Assembly (NCBI GenBank): GCA_965215505.1
Contig: OZ244065.1
Span: forward strand, 2,368,001 to 2,432,000
Reading direction: 5' to 3'
DNA: 64,000 nt
Origin: Capsulimonadaceae bacterium
Lineage (GTDB): Bacteria > Armatimonadota > Armatimonadia > Armatimonadales > Capsulimonadaceae
Positions 1-8,764 of this stretch are shown here, in pieces. Numbering within the stretch: the first letter of the stretch is position 1; every line of letters starts with the position of its first letter. The position numbers and the translations under genes are program-made. The notes below the pieces were generated by a model that did not search any database, was not told the DNA's origin, and was given only the letters and a program-made list of their open reading frames with translations.

Positions 1-204
1 GGGGATCTGCCGCCCCGCCGGGTGCAGCACCCAGCCGCTCGGCAGCAGCGTCCCGGCCCCCGTCACGCGCGGCGTGTCCGTGCGCGCGCCCGCCGTGGCC
101 GTCAGCGCCGCCTCCTTCGCCCGGTAAGCCTTCGCGCCGTAGAGCGCCGAGGCGGCCAGCAGGGCCGCCGCGACCGCCAGGGAACTGATGTGCCTTGTTT
201 GCAT
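1..204 (-). CDS. N-terminus of a secreted protein running off the window; resembles YncE beta-propeller/phosphoesterase (alkaline phosphatase-like) proteins
   Basis: Manually translated: MQTRHISSLAVAAALLAASALYGAKA (signal peptide)...GTLLPSGWVLHPAGRQIP; open to the window edge; not in the ORF track. Confidence 0.6.
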   Translation of the reverse strand, partial: MQTRHISSLAVAAALLAASALYGAKAYRAKEAALTATAGARTDTPRVTGAGTLLPSGWVLHPAGRQIP

Positions 205-263
205 GTTCTTAGCATACCCTCCGCGTTCTCCTTTGTGCATTTCCGGCTTAAAACCGGCCCGGA

Positions 264-274
264 TGGGGTATGAT
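264..274 (+). promoter_or_regulatory. Putative -10 element TGGGG-TATGAT for the desaturase gene
   Basis: TATGAT at 269-274 in the divergent intergenic region, ~78 nt upstream of ATG 352. Confidence 0.5.
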
Positions 275-351
275 TACTTGCTGAATTCATCGTAAGTAGC
301 CGCCGGCGTCGGCGGTGACACGTCAGAACGAAGGACTTAGAAGAGCCATCC

Positions 352-1506
352 ATGACCGTTAAATCTCCCCCGAGCAAGAGCAGCCTGAGCAACGGCAGCA
401 AGCCCAGTGGCAGTGTGCCTTATGAAAGCCTCCTCCCGCCGGACCTCCTCGAGGAAAAGCCCCACGGCCAGAGCTGGCCGGTCACGCTTTTGAGCCGCGA
501 GGAGCGCGAGCGGCAGATGGAGCGGGCCTTCGCCGGGCTGTACCGCTGGTATGTCGCCCGCTCGCAGAAGATGCGGAACTGGAACCCGGACGACTCGTTC
601 GAATGGGGCAAGATGCGGCAGGACCACTCCGCCGACGTCGTCCAGCTCATCGAGGGCTTCTTCGCGGTCGAGCAGTACACGCCCGACTACACCGCCGAGA
701 TCTTGCAGATCGTCCGGCGCAGCAACGGCCGCTCGAACTTCCAGCTCCGCTGGGGTGCCGAGGAGGAACGGCACGCGAACACCTGGGAGAACGCCCTGCT
801 GTTCTCGCGCGGGCGGTCCGTGGAGCAGATCGAGCATTACAAGTGGCAGCTCCGCGAGAACGCCTGGACGCTGCCCTGGGAGGACCCGCTGCACATGATG
901 CTGTACACGGTCTTCCAGGAGCGCGCGACCCAGATCAACTATCTGAACTTCGCCAAGATCGCGCGCGGCGAGTCCGACAACCCCGCCTACGCCGGGGACA
1001 CCGACCCGGTCCTGGCGCGCGCCTGCACCCTGCTGGCCGTGGACGAGGCCGCCCACTACGCCTTCTTCCTGGAGGGCGCGCGCCTGTACCTCTACTACCA
1101 GCCCGAGGAAACCTTGCAGGCCATCCAGGACGTCGTCACCCACTTCGCCATGCCCGCCCAGGACGTCATCCCCAACTGGGACGTGGTCGCCGAGAACATC
1201 TACCGGGCGGGAGTCTACGGGCCGCGCGTGTTCCAGAGGGACGTCATCGCGCCGGTCTTCGACAACCTGACGGTGACTGGCCGCAAGGCATTGGAAAATG
1301 GCTTGAAGCGCGCCCGCGCCGTCCCGAACGGGGAGGGCGAGATGCGCCTGACCGCCCTGTGGGACACCTTCGACACCGGCGAGGCCGAGCGGAGCGTGAT
1401 GCGCCTCCACGACAAGATCACCGACTACGAGAAGAGCGTCGGGCGCGACGCCCTGGACCCGCTCCGATTCCGGCCCAACCCGGACTGGCCGAAGTCCGGG
1501 GAGTAG
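352..1506 (+). CDS. Soluble acyl-ACP desaturase (ferritin-like di-iron, DesA type)
   Basis: Di-iron motifs WGAEEERH, FQERAT, DEAAH; HFAMPA. Confidence 0.85.
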   Translation: MTVKSPPSKSSLSNGSKPSGSVPYESLLPPDLLEEKPHGQSWPVTLLSREERERQMERAFAGLYRWYVARSQKMRNWNPDDSFEWGKMRQDHSADVVQLIEGFFAVEQYTPDYTAEILQIVRRSNGRSNFQLRWGAEEERHANTWENALLFSRGRSVEQIEHYKWQLRENAWTLPWEDPLHMMLYTVFQERATQINYLNFAKIARGESDNPAYAGDTDPVLARACTLLAVDEAAHYAFFLEGARLYLYYQPEETLQAIQDVVTHFAMPAQDVIPNWDVVAENIYRAGVYGPRVFQRDVIAPVFDNLTVTGRKALENGLKRARAVPNGEGEMRLTALWDTFDTGEAERSVMRLHDKITDYEKSVGRDALDPLRFRPNPDWPKSGE

Positions 1507-1517
1507 TCTCAGCCCCC

Positions 1518-2327
1518 ATGCAAACCATATCCAAACTCGCCCTCCTAGCCGGGCTGACCGCCCTCTGCTTCGGCTGCCGCTCCGCGCAGCAGCCGGGGCA
1601 GGCGGCCCCGCGCCGGTCCGCCCCGGCCGCGTCCGCCGATCAGGCGAACGCGCCCCTCCTGCCCGACGCCAAGATGACGCCCGGCGCGACCCTGCCCGTC
1701 ACCCGCGCGGACATCTGCGTCCCCGGCTACACCCAGAAGGTCCGCAACGTCCCGCTGGACGTCAAGAAGCAGGTCTACGCCGAGTACGGCATCACGTCCC
1801 ACAAGCCGGGCGACTACGAGGTGGACCATTTGATCAGCCTGGAACTGGGCGGCTCCAACTCGATCAAGAACCTGTGGCCGGAGTCGTACAAAACGCAGCC
1901 CTGGAACGCGCACGTCAAGGATGCCCTGGAGAACGAGCTGCACGCCGAGGTGTGCGACGGCCGGCTGGACCTCGCGACCGCCCAGCACGACATCTCGACC
2001 GACTGGATCGCGGCCTACAAGAAGTATTTCCACACCAATGCGCCGCTCACCGGGTCGGGCGGATCCTCCACGGGCAGACGCCGGCGGCGCGGCAGCCGCC
2101 ACCCGCTGACCGGCGCGGACTCCCCCTTCCCCGCCCCGCCGTCCGCGTCCGGACCGGCCTTGGGGAACACCCCCGCCACGGGTACGAGTGGCCAGGTGTG
2201 GGTCAACCTCAAATCCGGCAAATACTTCCGGCCCGGTTCCTCCTACTACGGCAACACCAAGCAGGGCCAGTACATGAGCGAGGCGCAGGCGCAGCAGCAG
2301 GGGTATGTGGCGGCGAAGGGGCAATGA
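1518..2327 (+). CDS. Lipoprotein with HNH (beta-beta-alpha-Me) nuclease-like domain and small C-terminal domain
   Basis: ATG 1518 in the 603..2327 frame; lipobox ..LCFGC; YEVDHLISLELGGSNSIKNLWPE HNH motif; Pro/Ser/Gly linker. Confidence 0.7.
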   Translation: MQTISKLALLAGLTALCFGCRSAQQPGQAAPRRSAPAASADQANAPLLPDAKMTPGATLPVTRADICVPGYTQKVRNVPLDVKKQVYAEYGITSHKPGDYEVDHLISLELGGSNSIKNLWPESYKTQPWNAHVKDALENELHAEVCDGRLDLATAQHDISTDWIAAYKKYFHTNAPLTGSGGSSTGRRRRRGSRHPLTGADSPFPAPPSASGPALGNTPATGTSGQVWVNLKSGKYFRPGSSYYGNTKQGQYMSEAQAQQQGYVAAKGQ

Positions 2328-2388
2328 ACAAAGCTTAACAAAGATTTAACATGGATCACTTGACAGGCAGGCGGGGACGTGCTATGAT
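2325..2388 (+). promoter_or_regulatory. Sigma70-type promoter with upstream tandem T(T/G)AACA direct repeats
   Basis: TTGACA 2360-2365, 17-bp spacer, TG-n-TATGAT 2380-2388; repeats TGAACA 2325, TTAACA 2335, TTAACA 2346. Confidence 0.7.
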
Positions 2389-2476
2389 GAAGGCATCTCC
2401 TGGCCTGCCCGCTGTTTTAGGCCCGCCCCGAAGGCAAGTACGCTCGGTCCCGCTTCGATGAAGACTGGAGATCACC

Positions 2477-3088
2477 ATGTACGCGCCCCTTCGACTCGGC
2501 CTTTTTGTGCTGTTCAGCATAATCCTCTGCGGCTTTAACGCTCCCGTGTCGGCCCAATCCGGCAGCATCCCGGTCGCCAACTTCAGTTTCGAGGCACCCG
2601 TGGTGTCCAGCTACGACGAGGTCAAGAGCGGCTACGCAATGATGCAGGCGCACACGAACTCCGGCTGGACTTTCACGGACTACGCGGGCATCGGCCTGGC
2701 CGAATACTTCAACAAGGACGCTTCCGGGCACGGTCAAGCCGCCCCCGACTGAAACCAGGTCGGCTACATCCAGAACTACTACAACTATCCCCCCGGTATG
2801 CTCTCGCAGACGGTTTCCGGCCTCCAGCCAACCCAAAGCTATTACGTCATCGTCTCCGCCGCCCAGGATGGCAGCAACACCGGCGGCCTACTTCTGCCTC
2901 TCACCGTGACGCTCGGCGGCCAGAGCTATCAGTTCACCCCCGGCGGCACCCAGTACCAGGATTACACCATCGGCCCGTTCACGGGGACCGCCGACAGCCA
3001 GACGCTCCAATTCAAGGGCGTGGCACAGACCTCTTCGACGGTCGCCACGGCGATGCTCGATAACGTCCGCTTTGTCCCGGCTTCCAAT
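2477..3088 (+). pseudogene. Secreted beta-sandwich (DUF642/CBM-like) protein; in-frame TGA and truncated by IS256
   Basis: ORFs 2477..2752 and 2798.. share a frame; ...AAPD*NQVGYIQ (likely GGA>TGA); signal peptide; NFSFEAP, GWTF, LSQTV, DNVRF motifs; the frame runs into the IS end at 3089. Confidence 0.7.
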
Positions 3089-3103
3089 GAGTGTAAAATG
3101 TTT

Positions 3104-4887
3104 GATACTGCTGGCGAACTCTACGTCGCTGCGAGCGCGACCGGCTTGAGGCGCCCGAACTGCGACTGGCGCGTCCGGGCCAGCGGCGCCTCCGTCAGCC
3201 AGTCATAGACCCGGCAGAAGTTGAGCGCGGCGGCGGTCGCTAGGTTCTGCAGGTGAGTCTTCGCGTGACCCACGTAGCGGCACTGCCGCAGGCCGAAGGC
3301 CCGCACGCCCTGCGAGATCGTGCCCTCGATCCCGGCGCGGGCGGCGTAGCGCTCCCGGAACTGCGGCGTCTGCTGGTGCCGCCGGGCCGCGTGCAGCGCC
3401 TCGTGCTCGGGCTGCAGGTGCAGGTACAGCGTGCGCCCTTTCGCCTTGGCGCGCGTGCAGTCGGGGCGATGCGAGCAGGCGCGGCAGTCCGCCGCCTCGA
3501 ACACGGCCAGCAGGAAGGTGCTGCCCCGCGCGTTGCGCGTCGGCTGCCACGGGCGGCTGGTCTTGCCGCCGGGGCAGGAGGCACGCTGCTGCTCCCAGTC
3601 CAGCCCGAAGCGGGACACGTCGAAGCCCTTGCCCTCCTCGGCCTGGCGGCTGCCGTCGCGGGCGACCGGCCCGACGATCTCGACGCCGTACCGGGTTCGG
3701 CTGGTCACTAGGTGCGAAGCCTGCGTGTAGCCCTCGTCCACCAGGTGCTCGGCAGGCAGGCGGTCCGCCTCAGCGAGTGCGTTCTGGACGCAGGGCGTCG
3801 CCTCACAGTCGGCGGTGGTGCTGGGCGTGGTGAGCACCTGTGTGATCAGGTGCGGCGTGTCGGCGTCGCAGGTCTCGGTCAGGTGCACCTTGTAGCCGGT
3901 CCACCGGGTCTGGCGCTTGACGGAGAAGCGCGCCTCCAGGTCGTAGGGCGAGACGATCAGCAACGCGCCCGGCGGCAGGTCGGCCTCGGCTCGCAAAGAC
4001 ATCTGAGCCGCCTGCTTCTGATTCGTCTGATTCTGATCCACCTGTCGGTGAAACTGCTGGAGCCACACCCGTCGCAGGGCCTCCATCGCAGGCAGCTCGC
4101 GCAGAGAGGGAGGCGCTGCGGCGGACCAGACCGCCTGGAGCAGAGCGAACCCATCGGCACCGACGGCCAGGGCGAACTTATCGCGCTCCGTCTGGGAGCG
4201 GGGCATCCGGTAGTTGTCCGCGCGCCTGCCGTAGCGGTCGAACCAGTCCGGCGGCGCCAAAGATTGCAGCCACTCGGGGTCTGCCTCGGCCACACTATTG
4301 AGGGCGTAGCGCAAGGCCTCGACCAGCGTCTCCATCCGGTGCAGGCCGCGCACGAACGAGAGGACGTGGGTGGAGTCGGTACGCTGGCGGCCACGGACCT
4401 TCAGCAGATCACGTTCCTTGAACCGGGCCAGCATCACCTCGAACAGGCGCGCTTCTGCGGCACCCGCCAGCAGCCGTGAGCGGAACTCACAGAGGACGCT
4501 TGAGTCGAAGCCGCAGTCCTCCAGATCAAGAGACAGAGTGTACTTCCAGTCGATGCGGGAGCGCACGGCGTCGGCGGCCTGGCGGTCGGAGAGGCCCGCG
4601 ACAAATTGCATGACGGTCACGAGTGCTAGCCGCCACGGTGCTGCGGCGGCCTGCCCGCACGCGGGGAACAGATCAGCAAAGTGTTCGTCGGTGAAGATCG
4701 TAGCGAACTCGTCACGCATCCGTGTGTACAGGTTGCCCTTGGGGAACGCGGCACGAGTGACGCGAGCGGTCTGCTCTGGAACAGGGTCACTAGCTTTCAC
4801 TTGCAGGGACATGGCGGGGCCTCGAAGGAATGACTTCAAGGCATTCTACCTGCCGGTGCCGGCCCTTGGCAATTCGCCAGCAGTATC
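3104..4887 (-). mobile_element. IS1182-family insertion sequence, apparently intact
   Basis: Perfect 15-bp terminal IRs GATACTGCTGGCGAA (3104-3118 / 4873-4887); 6-bp direct repeat ATGTTT at 3098-3103 and 4888-4893. Confidence 0.9.
3121..4812 (-). CDS. IS1182-family DDE transposase
   Basis: LSDRQAADAVRSRIDWKY, QRTDSTHV, WTGYKVHLTETCD, LVDEGY, Cys cluster, YAARAGIEGTISQ. Confidence 0.93.
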   Translation of the reverse strand: MSLQVKASDPVPEQTARVTRAAFPKGNLYTRMRDEFATIFTDEHFADLFPACGQAAAAPWRLALVTVMQFVAGLSDRQAADAVRSRIDWKYTLSLDLEDCGFDSSVLCEFRSRLLAGAAEARLFEVMLARFKERDLLKVRGRQRTDSTHVLSFVRGLHRMETLVEALRYALNSVAEADPEWLQSLAPPDWFDRYGRRADNYRMPRSQTERDKFALAVGADGFALLQAVWSAAAPPSLRELPAMEALRRVWLQQFHRQVDQNQTNQKQAAQMSLRAEADLPPGALLIVSPYDLEARFSVKRQTRWTGYKVHLTETCDADTPHLITQVLTTPSTTADCEATPCVQNALAEADRLPAEHLVDEGYTQASHLVTSRTRYGVEIVGPVARDGSRQAEEGKGFDVSRFGLDWEQQRASCPGGKTSRPWQPTRNARGSTFLLAVFEAADCRACSHRPDCTRAKAKGRTLYLHLQPEHEALHAARRHQQTPQFRERYAARAGIEGTISQGVRAFGLRQCRYVGHAKTHLQNLATAAALNFCRVYDWLTEAPLARTRQSQFGRLKPVALAAT

Positions 4888-4968
4888 ATGTTTTCTGTAA
4901 AAGCGAAGGCCTGAAATAGTAGGGCAGGGAGTATCCTTGGAGTTACCACACACCGAGGAACACAGCCC

Positions 4969-6148
4969 ATGACCTACCACGACGATTCTGCTCTATCGGC
5001 AGCCCTTTTGGAGCAGCTCACGACGAGCGGGATGGACGCCCTGCCCGAGCTGTTCCGCGTCCTCCTGAACGCCGCCATGCTCTTCGAGCGGCAGAATCAC
5101 CTGGGAGCGGCCCCGCATGAGCGCACCGAGCAGCGCACGGGCCACGCCAACGGCTACAAGGACAAGACACTCGCCACCCGCCTGGGGCAGATCACCGTCG
5201 CCGTGCCCCAGGTGCGGGAGGGCGGGTTCTACCCGCAGAGCCTGGAGAAAGGCACCCGCTCCGAGCGGGCCTTAAAGCTGGCCCTGGCGGAGATGTACGT
5301 TCAGGGCGTCTCCACCCGCAAAGTCGCGGCCATCACCGAGCAGCTTTGCGGCTTCGAGGTTTCCTCGGGTTAGGTCAGCCGCGCCGCTCACGAACTCGAC
5401 GGCGTGCTGGACGCCTGGCGGCAGCGCCCGCTCGCGGCCTGCCCGTACCTGCTGCTGGACGCCCGCTACGAGAAGGTGCGCCAGGGCGGGGTCGTGCAGG
5501 ACGCCGCTGTGCTGATCGCCATGGGCGTAGACGCGCAGGGCAAGCGGCAGGTGCTGGGCGTCTCCGTGGCGCTGTCCGAGAAAGAAGTGCACTGGCGCTC
5601 GTTCCTGCAAAGCCTCGTCCAGCGCGGGCGGCGGGGAGTGCGCCTGATCGTCAGCGACGCCCACGAGGGGCTGAAGGCGGCGAGGCTCGCGGTGCTGGGC
5701 GGCATCCCGTGGCAGCGCTGCCAGTTCCATCTTCAGCAGAGCGCCTCGGCCTATGTGCCACGTCAGGACATCAAAGCACAGGTCGCCGCAGACATCAGGG
5801 CCGTCTTCAGCGCCCAGGACAGAGCCGAAGCCGACGCGCTGCTGAAACGGACGGTGCAGAAGTACGCGCAGACAGCCCCGAGACTCGCCGCTTGGATGGA
5901 AGAGAACCTGCCCGAAGGCTTGACGGTGTTCGCGCTTCCTGAGCCGCACCACCGCTTGCTACGGACGACTAACAGCGTCGAGCGGGTCAATCGAGAAGTG
6001 CGCCGCAGGACGCGGGTGGCCAAGCATCTTCCCGAACGAGGCGTCGTGCCTGCGGCTGGCGAGCGCGGTACTGATGGAGATCAGCGACGACTGGCAGGCG
6101 GGCAAAGCCTACTTGACCTTCACGGAACAGGCCATCACGAACCCGTAG
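4969..6148 (+). pseudogene. IS256-family (Mutator) transposase pseudogene
   Basis: ANGYK, EMYVQGVSTRKV, LDARYEKV, VSDAHEGL, WQRCQFH, RTTNSVER; in-frame TAG at 5371-5373 and a 1-nt frameshift near 6022 (other frame continues IFPNEASCLRL...NP*). Confidence 0.9.
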
Positions 6149-6404
6149 ACACGCAAGGATGCTCCCAGCTTTTACAGAAACAACTTGACACTATCCCTCC
6201 CCCTCCATCTTCTCCAACCGCAGAGTGTTTAAGGCACCTGTCATCGTGATCCGGCAGTAACAAAAGATGAACCATTCACCCTTACAGCCGTTCTCGCGTT
6301 GCCGAAAACTGGTGCAATCGAGCGAGTTTTCACATAAAGTGGCATAAAACCGGGGACCGACTGCGCCCAATCATATATGCCGTCAAAAAGGGTATATATA
6401 GGCC

Positions 6405-6698
6405 ATGACAAGCAACCACAAGCTGACCGGCGTTCTCCAGGGCCGGACGATCAATGGCACTTCCAACTCGGGCGACACCATGACCATCTATTTCACGGAC
6501 GGCTCCTCGATGGCCGTGCAGACGGCGGGGTCGTCCAATAGCGCGTCGAGCGGCGGCACGGTCCAGGCTGTGCGGCAGCAGGGGACGACGCTGGAACTGG
6601 CGTTTGAGGGGGGCGGGACGATGGAAGTCCCGCTGGCGGAAGAAACGTCGAGCGTCATGGTGCGGGACAAGGGCGGCACGATGGAGTACGCGGACTAG
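6405..6698 (+). CDS. Small hypothetical protein with an internally duplicated beta-rich unit
   Basis: 97 aa, GC-rich third positions; TMTIYFTDGSSMAV versus TLELAFEGGGTMEV. Confidence 0.65.
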   Translation: MTSNHKLTGVLQGRTINGTSNSGDTMTIYFTDGSSMAVQTAGSSNSASSGGTVQAVRQQGTTLELAFEGGGTMEVPLAEETSSVMVRDKGGTMEYAD

Positions 6699-6712
6699 CG
6701 GGAAGGCGCGGG

Positions 6713-8614
6713 CTAGGGCGTCGGCCCGCCGACGGTCGCGGCCAGGAGGCAGACGTCGTCGTGCTGGATGCCGCCCGCGTAGTCCCGCACCTCCGAAACG
6801 ATGCGCGTGATCAGCTCCTCGACGGGTTCGCCGGGCCGGCCCGCGCCGAGCATCTCGGCCACGCCCGCGACGCCCAGGAACTCGCCCCGGCTGCGGCCCG
6901 CCTCGGTGACGCCGTCCGTGCAAAAGAACAGGATGTCGCCGGGCGAGAGCGTCACCGACTGCTGCGTGAACCTCCCCCCTTCGGTCAGCCCGAGTACCGG
7001 GCTGATGCCTTCACCGTCCGCCGGCAGTAGCTCGATCAGATTGCTTTCCGCCCGCCGCACCAGGCCGGGGTCGTGGCCGCACGAGAGATAAGTCAATGTG
7101 CGGGAGAGCCGGTCGTAGACGCCGACGAACAGCGTCGCGAAGCCGGTCAGAAGCTCGTTTGCGACGACCGTATGGTTCAGCTCCCGGATGGCCTCATCCA
7201 GCCGGGCCGTCCGGTACAGGCTGTAGCGGAGCATGTTGCGGACCGTCGCCACCTGTGAAGCCGCCGCCAGCCCCTTCCCCGACAGGTCCCCCACCGTGAA
7301 GACGACCCGGCCGTCTTGCAGCACGAAAACGTCCAGGAAGTCGCCGCCGACCTGCGCTTCCGCCAGGGCGGCGTTGTAGTAGTAGGCCATTTTCAGCCCC
7401 GGCACACTGCTGGGCAAGACGGGCAAAAGCGCGTCCTGGAGGGCAAGCGCGATGGCCCGCTCGCGCTGCTGGCTCCGAGCGGCTTCCACCGCAGACCTCG
7501 TCGCCACCGCGACCGCCTCCACCAATGCGACCTCATCCGCCGTCCAGATGCGCGGCGTCTCCCCCATCCCCGCCGTCAAAGTCTTAAGCAGCCGGCCCCC
7601 GCTGAACAGCGGGACGGTGACGGCGGCCCGCAGCCCCAGCCTTGCCCACTGCTCGCGCGACGCGGCGGGCAGACTCGGGGCCTCGGCGTCCTCCACGACT
7701 AGAGTCCGGCCCGGCGCGTGTGCGGCTTCGTCCGACTCGTCCATGGTGAGGAAGCAGGCGTCCGCCCCCAGCAGGTCGCACAGGCCTTCGGTCGCCTCGG
7801 CCTGGACCTGATCGGGGTCCAGCGTTTGCAGGGAGGTCTGGCCGATCCGATTGATCAGGCGCTCGCGGGCCAATAGGTGCGCGATCTGCTGCTCGGCCCG
7901 GCGGCGCTCGCTGATGTCGGAGAAGACCACCAGCCCGCTCCGCACCCGCCCGCCGTCGTCGCGCACCAGGGCCGCGCTGGCCTGGACGAAGACGCGCGTC
8001 CCGTCAGGCCGCTCGACGACCGCATCCTCCTGGATGACGGGTGCCTCACCGCCCAGGACACGGGCCAGACCCATGCTGTGGTCGGGCGCGGAAGTCTGAG
8101 CCGCCTCCAGTGAATGCCCCCAGATGCGCTCCGCCTCCTGGTTGGCGTAGACGAGCCTGCCGGCCTTGTCACTGAGCAGCACGCCCACCGGCGCGGTGTC
8201 CATGACCGCCCGCAGCCGGGCGCGCGCCTCCTCTGACTCGGCCAGCAGCCGCGCGTTCGTCCGCAGCGCCTCCAGGCCGCGCACCAGGAATGCGCCGACC
8301 GACAGCAGCAGGCAAAGCTCGGTCCAGTCGCGCGGCCTGCCGAACGACCCGCCCGCGCCGAGGGGGGTCAGGAAGAGCATGAGGGTCAGGCTGGAGAGTG
8401 TGAGTGTAAGAATCCCCGGCCCGCGCCCGCCGAGGGCCGTGATCAGGGCGACGGCGAGCAGGAAGCCGACGCCGAACGGCCGGACGTGGCCGCCCTCGGT
8501 GCGCGCGACGAAGGACTGGACTAGAAGCAATAGCCAGGTCGTCAGCGCGACCAGCAGCGGCGACAGGAGGTAAGCGCGCGACGGGGAAACGGAGCGCAGG
8601 TTGGGCGTGGTCAA
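6713..8614 (-). CDS. Membrane sensor (DUF4118-like)-PAS-GAF-SpoIIE/PP2C phosphatase (RsbU-like)
   Basis: 4 N-terminal TM segments; VGGDFLD, VGDLSGKG, CTDGVTEA, QHDDVC. Confidence 0.9.
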   Translation of the reverse strand: MTTPNLRSVSPSRAYLLSPLLVALTTWLLLLVQSFVARTEGGHVRPFGVGFLLAVALITALGGRGPGILTLTLSSLTLMLFLTPLGAGGSFGRPRDWTELCLLLSVGAFLVRGLEALRTNARLLAESEEARARLRAVMDTAPVGVLLSDKAGRLVYANQEAERIWGHSLEAAQTSAPDHSMGLARVLGGEAPVIQEDAVVERPDGTRVFVQASAALVRDDGGRVRSGLVVFSDISERRRAEQQIAHLLARERLINRIGQTSLQTLDPDQVQAEATEGLCDLLGADACFLTMDESDEAAHAPGRTLVVEDAEAPSLPAASREQWARLGLRAAVTVPLFSGGRLLKTLTAGMGETPRIWTADEVALVEAVAVATRSAVEAARSQQRERAIALALQDALLPVLPSSVPGLKMAYYYNAALAEAQVGGDFLDVFVLQDGRVVFTVGDLSGKGLAAASQVATVRNMLRYSLYRTARLDEAIRELNHTVVANELLTGFATLFVGVYDRLSRTLTYLSCGHDPGLVRRAESNLIELLPADGEGISPVLGLTEGGRFTQQSVTLSPGDILFFCTDGVTEAGRSRGEFLGVAGVAEMLGAGRPGEPVEELITRIVSEVRDYAGGIQHDDVCLLAATVGGPTP

Positions 8615-8740
8615 CGGAGTGCAGTGTCCTCACAGGAGCGCCCGGCTGTGACGACAGACACAGGGCCGGAAACTTGCCTGTATTATACCACGTTGGGGGT
8701 AAAGGGTACTATTACGGAAAGAGAGCGCGGCGGCATGGAA

Positions 8741-8764
8741 GGGCGCAATGAATCGCGCCCCTAC
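8741..8764 (-). repeat. GTAG-type REP
   Basis: GTAGGGGCGCGATTCATTGCGCCC on the - strand; its TAG is the stop codon of the VWA gene. Confidence 0.75.

Larger units (their letters stand above)
3089..6193 (+). mobile_element. IS256-family element (degenerate), interrupted by IS1182 in its left IR
   Basis: Removing IS1182 plus one ATGTTT copy rebuilds agtgtaaaatgttttctgtaaaagc, matching the reverse complement of the right end (agtgtcaagttgtttctgtaaaagc, ~6168-6192) at 21/25; no flanking target duplication seen. Confidence 0.8.

Noticed and set aside
603-1517. N-terminal part of the 574-aa ORF
   Set aside because: Overlaps the desaturase out of frame and is Arg/Pro-rich shadow sequence; the real start is 1518
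2750-2752. In-frame TGA as selenocysteine or Gly recoding
   Set aside because: The context suggests Gly (GGA>TGA), TGA ends many normal genes in this window, and the gene is IS-truncated anyway
5371-5373. In-frame TAG as pyrrolysine or readthrough in the IS256 transposase
   Set aside because: A simple CAG>TAG change; the gene also has a frameshift and a disrupted IR
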